Shown: piece after piece, positions 19,155-24,307 of the stretch | Position numbering within the stretch: the first letter of the stretch is position 1 | How the letters are laid out: each line of letters begins with the position of its first letter | Virus record (IMG/VR): IMGVR_UViG_3300014656_000971 | Location: 1 to 24,307 of that record | DNA length: 24,307 bases | From: a virus | Lineage: Duplodnaviria; Caudoviricetes | Strand: one strand, 5' to 3' | Notes under the pieces: model-generated | Database searches by the model: none | Told to the model about the DNA's origin: nothing | Seen by the model: the letters and a program-made list of their open reading frames with translations, nothing else | Made by a program: the position numbers and the translations under genes

Positions 19155-20225
19155 CTAAACATCCAATTCTAAAAGTGTTTTGGCTGAATTTTCCCAAGTA
19201 AATTTTTTTCCAGTTTGTATTCCTGTCTCATTACTAGGTCTATTTTCATACATATAACGCATATACTCTACCATTTGATCTATTTGATCTGCCCCTATAT
19301 GTGCCCATTGTCCTTGTCCATGAAACCATTTTCCATCATAAGCATCTTCTAAACTATCTATATTTACTAAGTAAGCATTCTCATTATTACAATATTCAGT
19401 ATGTCCGCTGTAATTTGTTGTTATAACAGGTTTCCCACATGCCATTGTTTCGAGAACTTCTAGATCCCACCCTTCCCCACGGCTAGGAAAAATTCCACAA
19501 TCACATTGTTGTATTATTTTTGCTAATTCGTAATGAGTACTGACAGGTTCTAAAAAGTATATTTTATTACCCAATGGACTTTCTTTATATTTATTTATCC
19601 ATTGTTGTGTTTCTTCTTTTGTTAAGAACGGATTGTGCCACATTATATTAAGAGCAACATCATCGTCTTTAGTAAATGCCTTATTGAAGATGTCTACTAG
19701 TATATCGTGTCCTTTTCTAACCTCTATTTTACTAATATTAATAAAGTTGTATGTTTTAGTATTGTTATGTATTACTGGTTTAAATATATCTGTATTAACA
19801 CCAAGGGGAACCACAAAGGCACCTCTATCTATTTCGTTTCTTATTATGTCTTTTGCCCATCTGGAATTAACTATCAAATAATCTGGAAACTTTAAATGGT
19901 GTTTCTCTAACTTATTAAAATGTGTCAACTCAAAAATTGGCATTGCCATATATGGTCCTTTGCCAATTCTCTCCATTAATTGAAATTGATGCCATATTTT
20001 TAAAAGTGGTGTATCTATTGGACAAAACTTGCCCATTTCTAAATGTTGTTTGACAAAGTTGAGTTCATTTGTGTCATTAGCATGGATATATTGACCCATC
20101 AATGTTAAATACAAATTATTATGTTCCAAACCTTGTTTGATTAGTGCTTGAGCTAAATTGAGCGTGACTACGCCATAACCAGTTTGTGAGAGAGAACCCC
20201 AAACATTAAGAGATTTTATAGACAT
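19155..20225 (-). CDS. glycosyltransferase family 4 (GT-B)
   Basis: TGYG, VVPLGVNTDIF, RKGHDIL, PSRGEGWDLEVLETMACGKPVI, FTWENSA. Confidence 0.9.
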   Translation of the reverse strand: MSIKSLNVWGSLSQTGYGVVTLNLAQALIKQGLEHNNLYLTLMGQYIHANDTNELNFVKQHLEMGKFCPIDTPLLKIWHQFQLMERIGKGPYMAMPIFELTHFNKLEKHHLKFPDYLIVNSRWAKDIIRNEIDRGAFVVPLGVNTDIFKPVIHNNTKTYNFINISKIEVRKGHDILVDIFNKAFTKDDDVALNIMWHNPFLTKEETQQWINKYKESPLGNKIYFLEPVSTHYELAKIIQQCDCGIFPSRGEGWDLEVLETMACGKPVITTNYSGHTEYCNNENAYLVNIDSLEDAYDGKWFHGQGQWAHIGADQIDQMVEYMRYMYENRPSNETGIQTGKKFTWENSAKTLLELDV

Positions 20226-20298
20226 ATATTTTTAAGCCTGTTTTTCTCGCAATATCTATCGTATGTTTTGTTCCTTTGCTTTATCCACCCCACACGAT
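20206..20298 (-). pseudogene. C-terminal relic of a DUF2493/YspA (SLOG-fold) gene
   Basis: Frame reads IVWGG*SKGTKHTIDIARKTGLKIYVYKIS*, resembling the WDGxSxGTxHxIxxAxxxG tail of that family; has an internal stop and no N-terminus. Confidence 0.55.
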
Positions 20299-20307
20299 TC
20301 ATTGGTC

Positions 20308-20631
20308 TCATCTTATTCTATAATTCCAATAAAATCCACTAGAAACACCATTTCCATAAATACCATAAGCAAATACTGGTTGTTGATACAATGGACTATA
20401 TCTATAATCCCAATAAGGTTTCAGTCTATAAGTTGGAGGATAATGATAAGGATTGTATAAATTTGGCACTCTTGGATTTATAGGTTGCAAATACGGGGTA
20501 GGAGATTGCGGCAATACTAATCCTCTTTTATATGGATGATTATCAGCATATCTCCATTTTGCCATTTGAGCATTAGTTATACAACATGTAAAAAAGAGAA
20601 TAATAGCAATTAATAAAACTTTTCTAATCAT
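20308..20631 (-). CDS. secreted-type Tyr/Pro-rich small protein
   Basis: Signal peptide MIRKVLLIAIILFFTCCITNA followed by a low-complexity Y/P-rich region; AAGGA SD. Confidence 0.65.
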   Translation of the reverse strand: MIRKVLLIAIILFFTCCITNAQMAKWRYADNHPYKRGLVLPQSPTPYLQPINPRVPNLYNPYHYPPTYRLKPYWDYRYSPLYQQPVFAYGIYGNGVSSGFYWNYRIR

Positions 20632-20671
20632 TAAATTGTCCTTTCAAAAACTTCATTTAATTTAAAATGTT

Positions 20672-21769
20672 TCATTTACTTATTCTACAAAATTGACCAC
20701 ATTTACTCATATCTTTTAAGGACTGTGCTCCAATATATGTGCAGCAGGAACGAATGCCACCGCATATTTCTTGAACGACATTATCAATCGGTCCTTTATA
20801 TGGAACTTCACTTATCTTGCCTTCAGATGCTCTATAGTTTTTTTTGCCATTACCGTGTTGTTCTTGAGCATAATGAGAGGACATACCATAGAATTTTAAA
20901 GATTTTTTCTTTTGTTCGGTAAACTCCTTCTTTACCATCTGTTTTTTAATACCGTCATATGAATAAAGCGAATGATTAGATTCGTAAGTCCATATTCCTT
21001 CACATTCTTCTACACCAGCAAACATTCCGCCCAGCATTGTGAAGTCCGCTCCTCCACATAAACTCTTACATATATCTCCCGGGGTTTTGCACCCACCATC
21101 GCTACAAATTAAACCTAATTGTTTATCATTAGATTTTAATCCGTGAACCGCTTGCGAACACTCTATTACTGCTGATAATTGTGGATATCCTACACCAGCT
21201 ACTTGACTAGTTTGGCAACACGACCCTTGTGAAATGCCCGTTTTTATAATATCTACTCCCCCATGAATAATTAGTTCTTGTGCCATTCCACTTGTACAAA
21301 CATTTCCGGCAAGAATAATAGCGTGTGGTAAACTACTTCTTACTTGTTTACAAAACTTTACGAAGCACTCCATATAGGCATTTGGAACATCAATACATAA
21401 ATTTGGTGCAGTGCCAAGAATACCAGTCAATTCATATACCTTTTGGTGGTCTTCTTCGCCGTATCCTATACTGACCCAATTATATTCAATACTACCTTTC
21501 GTTTGAAAGAATTGTGCTAATTCGCTTAATGTATAATATTTGTGTAAACATGTAACCATTTTATGTTTATTTAAAGCATTTGCTAATGTAAAATTTGCTA
21601 TTGGCACCATATTTGAACATATGATAGGTATTCCAGTCCAAGTTCTAGTAGAGTGATAAAATTTAAAGGTTCGTTCAAGTTCTACATTATTACGACTATT
21701 TAATGTTGTTCTTTGTGGTACAATAAAAACATCATCAAAACCAAGTTTTCTATCTTGAATAATTTTCAT
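20672..21769 (-). CDS. guaC: GMP reductase
   Basis: LGFDDVFIVP, catalytic loop GSCCQT..VAGVGYPQLSAV, SDGG, GADFTMLGGM, FYGMSS, YRASEGK, GGIRSCCTYIGA. Confidence 0.9.
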   Translation of the reverse strand: MKIIQDRKLGFDDVFIVPQRTTLNSRNNVELERTFKFYHSTRTWTGIPIICSNMVPIANFTLANALNKHKMVTCLHKYYTLSELAQFFQTKGSIEYNWVSIGYGEEDHQKVYELTGILGTAPNLCIDVPNAYMECFVKFCKQVRSSLPHAIILAGNVCTSGMAQELIIHGGVDIIKTGISQGSCCQTSQVAGVGYPQLSAVIECSQAVHGLKSNDKQLGLICSDGGCKTPGDICKSLCGGADFTMLGGMFAGVEECEGIWTYESNHSLYSYDGIKKQMVKKEFTEQKKKSLKFYGMSSHYAQEQHGNGKKNYRASEGKISEVPYKGPIDNVVQEICGGIRSCCTYIGAQSLKDMSKCGQFCRISK

Positions 21770-21775
21770 TTTAAA

Positions 21776-22210
21776 CTATATCTCCCAAGGAAATGTAATC
21801 CAAAAATTTGTAATTTTCACATAAAAATTAGGTTCTGGTTTACCTTCTGGTTTCCAAAATAAACTAGCAATATGTACTTGTGAGTTATGACCCCACTTTT
21901 CAATAAATGTTCTCACCGTTTTTCCTTTATCTACAATATCGTCTACTAATAAGATATAATTCCAATAATTTTCCTCAAAATCTATATTCTCTATTACCGT
22001 ATCATTATCATAATAACTTATGTGTACTTCTCTATGTGGTAAATGTAGTGCTTGGGCAATTGGTTGACTAATATGTAGTCCGCCGTTTTTTATTCCAACA
22101 ACCACCTGGTATTTGTGTATTGTTTTAACTTGATATTCTTGAAGTTGACGAATCAACTCTATCGTCATATCTTCTATTTGGGATGGGGTACAATATGTTT
22201 TATCCATCAT
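21776..22210 (-). CDS. purine phosphoribosyltransferase (Gpt/Hpt-like, type I PRTase)
   Basis: GIKNGGL, PRPP-binding LLVDDIVDKGKT, C-terminal WITFPWE. Confidence 0.85.
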   Translation of the reverse strand: MMDKTYCTPSQIEDMTIELIRQLQEYQVKTIHKYQVVVGIKNGGLHISQPIAQALHLPHREVHISYYDNDTVIENIDFEENYWNYILLVDDIVDKGKTVRTFIEKWGHNSQVHIASLFWKPEGKPEPNFYVKITNFWITFPWEI

Positions 22211-22686
22211 CTTCCGCTTGACCCAAATCCTTGTTTACCTCTTTTGGTTTTCATTAATTCATCCACTACTTTTGGTTTAATGTTTAGTAACGGAATAAAT
22301 ATAAGTTGTGCTATTTTATCGCCGGGATTAATTGTTTGTGGCAAAGAACTCAAACTAACAATACACACTTTTATCGGGCCAATGTATCCTGGATCTATTA
22401 TTCCGGCGATTACATGTAAACCTCTTTCTGACGCATTTCCAGACCTATCCTTAATAAAACAACCATATCCTTCCGGACAAGCGATTTGTATACCTGTACT
22501 GAATAAGTGTCGCTCTCCAGTATACAAAGTATATTGTAGTTTTTTGTCTTCTTTGTTATGATGTAAATAATTTTCCGGTTGAAATTTCTTATCTTCTACA
22601 CAATATAAGTCCCATCCTAAATCATTATCATAATTTTTTGTTGGAACCTTGGCATCTTTGTGTATTAATTGCACTTCAAAATACAT
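22207..22686 (-). CDS. dut: trimeric dUTPase
   Basis: Motifs GWDL, DRSG, AGIIDPGYIG, IAQLI, RGKQGFGSSG; start re-called to ATG 22686 with GGAG SD. Confidence 0.93.
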   Translation of the reverse strand: MYFEVQLIHKDAKVPTKNYDNDLGWDLYCVEDKKFQPENYLHHNKEDKKLQYTLYTGERHLFSTGIQIACPEGYGCFIKDRSGNASERGLHVIAGIIDPGYIGPIKVCIVSLSSLPQTINPGDKIAQLIFIPLLNIKPKVVDELMKTKRGKQGFGSSGR

Positions 22687-22698
22687 TTTTTCTCCAAT

Positions 22699-22733
22699 AA
22701 TAAAAGAACCTGTCACTTCTAGAAGTAACAGGT
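22699..22733 (-). terminator. intrinsic terminator ending the tRNA/ncRNA operon
   Basis: ACCTGTTACTT-CTAG-AAGTGACAGGT 11-bp stem (one G-U) followed by TCTTTTATT. Confidence 0.75.
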
Positions 22734-22765
22734 AAAAATATATTATAATAAACCACATCTATCAG

Positions 22766-22838
22766 CAGAGGCGTAAGGAGTTGAACCTTAGAAAAATATG
22801 CTTCAAAGACATACTGTAGAACCGTCTACAACACCTCT
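22766..22838 (-). tRNA. tRNA-Gln(UUG), atypical D arm
   Basis: Acceptor AGAGGTG/CGCCTCT, discriminator G; D arm TGTAGA-CGGT-TCTACA; anticodon loop CTTTGAA; T arm TAAGG-TTCAACT-CCTTA; no encoded CCA. Confidence 0.8.
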
Positions 22839-23039
22839 CTAGTCCCACCCACCCAACCATTCCTTTATACTCTGAACTAGAGTACATGAAAGGCATCGAC
22901 AAAAACTTAACCTCATTATGACGAGTAATAAGATGTCCATTTCGTCAGAATACAATTATTTGCACGAAATTGTGCTTTTACTAATTATATTCAAATGAAC
23001 TGTTTTTGTTTCAACCAGTTGTAGTCATAAAGACTACAG
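22839..23039 (-). ncRNA. candidate 201-nt structured RNA in the Ile-Gln tRNA spacer
   Basis: Several hairpins with G-U pairs on the minus strand and a 6-bp bulge-loop complementarity (TGACGA/TCGTCA); no listed ORF. Confidence 0.6.
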
Positions 23040-23112
23040 TTGTGTGCTTGAGAATCGAACTCAACTAAACAGGCTCATCAGACCAGCATCTTCTCCAGAG
23101 GATCAACACACA
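23040..23112 (-). tRNA. tRNA-Ile(GAU)
   Basis: Acceptor TGTGTGT/GCACACA, discriminator A; anticodon arm CTGGT-CTGATGA-GCCTG (one U-U); T arm TTGAG-TTCGATT-CTCAA. Confidence 0.8.
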
Positions 23113-23115
23113 ATT

Positions 23116-23178
23116 TGAGCAGAGCACACACTTACAACTGTCCAACGATGCTCAGCGTTGACTATTTTTGTTGTAAGT
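23116..23178 (-). ncRNA. 63-nt pseudoknot motif, copy 1
   Basis: ACTTACAAC AAAAATA GTCAACG CTGAGCAT CGTTGGACA GTTGTAAGT GTGT GCTCTGCTCA; covaries with copy 2. Confidence 0.8.
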
Positions 23179-23184
23179 CTAAGG

Positions 23185-23257
23185 TGGCGAGAGTCAGAAT
23201 TGCACTGACGCCAGTGTGCTTATGAGACACACGGTGGAACTAACACCACTTCTCGCT
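23185..23257 (-). tRNA. tRNA with CAU anticodon (Met, fMet or Ile2)
   Basis: Acceptor AGCGAGA/TCTCGCC (A1-C72 mismatch), then A73-CC; anticodon arm TGTGT-CTCATAA-GCACA; T arm GTCAG-TGCAATT-CTGAC. Confidence 0.78.
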
Positions 23258-23285
23258 ATGTTTTATTATAAACAAAGTTATTAAA

Positions 23286-23354
23286 AGCCCCTTCAGAGAA
23301 TCGAACTCTGCCTAATTGTTTACAAAACAATCGTACAAACCATTAATAAGGGGC
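23286..23354 (-). tRNA. tRNA-Thr(UGU), short and poorly paired D arm (69 nt)
   Basis: Perfect acceptor GCCCCTT/AAGGGGC; ATTGT-TTTGTAA-ACAAT; CAGAG-TTCGATT-CTCTG. Confidence 0.75.
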
Positions 23355-23356
23355 GG

Positions 23357-23438
23357 CGGAAGCAAAGGGAATCGAACCCCTAAATCTTTCGATCAACTGT
23401 TTTCAGGACAGTTTCCTTAGCCAGTTCGGATTACTTCC
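23357..23438 (-). tRNA. tRNA-Ser(UGA)
   Basis: Acceptor GGAAGTA/TGCTTCC, then G73-CC; ACTGT-CCTGAAA-ACAGT; long variable arm GATC-GAAA-GATT; AGGGG-TTCGATT-CCCTT. Confidence 0.88.
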
Positions 23439-23446
23439 TTATATAT

Positions 23447-23474
23447 TATCGTCAAAACTCTCAAAAATCTTGAG
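23447..23474 (-). promoter_or_regulatory. sigma28-like promoter CTCAAG-N17-CGATA for the tRNA operon
   Basis: CTCAAG ATTTTTGAGAGTTTTGA CGATA ending 8 nt before the tRNA-Ser 5' end; same spacing as 10043-10070. Confidence 0.65.
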
Positions 23475-23509
23475 TTAAATTTTGAGAAAACCATACAAAA
23501 TTTCAAAAA

Positions 23510-23572
23510 TGAGCAGAGCCCCATCGTATCTCTGTCCAACGATGCTCAGCGTTGACTACTCTTGAGACACGA
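23510..23572 (-). ncRNA. 63-nt pseudoknot motif, copy 2
   Basis: TCGTGTCTC AAGAGTA GTCAACG CTGAGCAT CGTTGGACA GAGATACGA TGGG GCTCTGCTCA; starts 5 nt after the stop of the 150-aa ORF. Confidence 0.8.
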
Positions 23573-23577
23573 CACGC

Positions 23578-24030
23578 TTATGGCGTAACTCTTTGATAAC
23601 TAAATGTATTAACTCTACTAATACCAGAAAACATTGGACTTCCACTATATCTAATATATCTTCTATCTCCAGACACATTGACTTGTGTTGTAAAATTAGC
23701 ACCTTGTGGCAACCATATAATTACTGGCCTATACCCAACGTGTTGATTAATTATATTGCGTGTTCTTCTATCAAAATCTTGTTGTGCTAAAAACTGTCTC
23801 ATTGACAAAGGTTCTGAAAGTTGTCTATTCCATATTGGACCAAGGACTTTTTCAATTTCCACTTTTTCCTGCTCTATAAACTTATTAACATTTTCTAAAG
23901 GGGTATCGTCAAAGATATATTCTTGACTATATGCCTTTTGACAGTATAACGGCACTATTACAAATATAACAAATAAAATAATCAAAATAAATATTATATA
24001 ATTAAGATTGTCTAGTATCTTGTTGAACAT
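23578..24030 (-). CDS. signal-peptide/TM protein with a planctomycete-type secretin-like C-terminal motif
   Basis: Hydrophobic N-terminus ending AYS; C-terminal VGYRPVIIWLPQGANFTTQVNVSGDRRYIRYSGSPMFSGISRVNTF. Confidence 0.65.
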   Translation of the reverse strand: MFNKILDNLNYIIFILIILFVIFVIVPLYCQKAYSQEYIFDDTPLENVNKFIEQEKVEIEKVLGPIWNRQLSEPLSMRQFLAQQDFDRRTRNIINQHVGYRPVIIWLPQGANFTTQVNVSGDRRYIRYSGSPMFSGISRVNTFSYQRVTP

Positions 24031-24196
24031 TTAAATTCTCTATAACTTTTTCTATTAAACCCTTTGATTTGTTTACTTCTATGGCACGACCTTGTTTAGC
24101 AGCTTTTTTTTTGGCATCCGGACCAGTATAGCATTTTCCAGACTCTCCAAACTTCCATCCACTTACCCCATTATTTGTACATCTCATTAATGGCAT
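24002..24196 (-). CDS. small basic conserved phage protein
   Basis: MPLMRC...GWKFGESGKCYTGPDAKKKAAKQGRAI resembles a small uncharacterised phage family (from memory); AAGGGG SD. Confidence 0.75.
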   Translation of the reverse strand: MPLMRCTNNGVSGWKFGESGKCYTGPDAKKKAAKQGRAIEVNKSKGLIEKVIENLNVQQDTRQS

Positions 24197-24266
24197 TTTT
24201 AACCCCTTTTTATAATTACTTGATTTATAGCCACTAAAGGAATTGAACTAAGCGGCTAACTAGTAT

Positions 24267-24276
24267 ATTATACTCA
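24267..24276 (-). promoter_or_regulatory. putative phage promoter, GNGTATAAT class
   Basis: TGAGTATAAT upstream of the leader of the 64-aa gene. Confidence 0.45.
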
Positions 24277-24307
24277 TTTATTACTTTCTTTCTTCTTTCT
24301 TTTTCAA

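Noticed and set aside
10087-21778. Amber (TAG) codon reassignment
   Set aside because: nrdJ, the ligase and the PRTase end at TAG at family-typical C-termini, genes are not fragmented, and there is no suppressor tRNA.
22687-22758. Hydrophobic N-terminal extension (signal peptide) on dUTPase
   Set aside because: Artefact of the longest-ORF call; the stretch is a terminator hairpin and the SD supports ATG 22686.
22795-22815. tRNA-Sec anticodon loop CTTCAAA on the plus strand
   Set aside because: The T arm and G-U pairs show the tRNA is on the minus strand with anticodon UUG.
22935-23016. Hammerhead ribozyme core (GAAAC ... stem ... CTGACGA on the minus strand)
   Set aside because: Stem III cannot form, the cleavage triplet would be UUG rather than NUH, and stem II is very weak; TGACGA is better explained as a pseudoknot partner.
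23116-23178. Theta/HDV-like ribozyme downstream of a phage tRNA
   Set aside because: Context fits, but no P2/P3/P1.1 nested double pseudoknot or catalytic J4/2 is shared by both copies.
23116-23572. CRISPR array suggested by the 27-nt direct repeat
   Set aside because: Only two copies 394 nt apart with tRNAs between them; the flanks base-pair rather than act as spacers.
1926-23790. Plus-strand ORFs in the track (e.g. 4071-4325, 13426-13722, 16475-16810, 22115-22561)
   Set aside because: They are antisense shadows of well-supported minus-strand genes or elements, with no recognisable motifs.

Overview
AT-rich segment of a large dsDNA phage genome; every credible gene is on the minus strand. 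From left to right it holds: (1) a replication/recombination block (PD-(D/E)XK exonuclease, dNMP kinase, DnaG primase, DnaB helicase, small endonuclease, RecA/UvsX); (2) an FmdB-type zinc ribbon protein and an HNH nuclease; (3) a class II (B12-dependent) ribonucleotide reductase with a LAGLIDADG intein at the catalytic Cys; (4) dCMP deaminase, DUF1353, a probable virion protein, a sigma-like protein, ATP-dependent DNA ligase and a GT4 glycosyltransferase; (5) GMP reductase, a purine phosphoribosyltransferase and dUTPase; (6) five atypical tRNAs (Ser, Thr, Met/CAU, Ile, Gln). The most unusual signals are non-coding. A 63-nt pseudoknotted RNA motif occurs twice with a fully covarying outer stem (23116-23178, 23510-23572). 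A highly structured 201-nt RNA fills the Ile-Gln tRNA spacer. A roughly 150-nt structured unit, bounded by a promoter motif and a terminator, lies upstream of the nrdJ operon. Two recurring promoter classes are visible: sigma28-like CTCAAG-N17-CGATA and GNGTATAAT. Protein motifs suggest a Planctomycetota host (inference). All RNA folds were derived by eye and no database searches were run.
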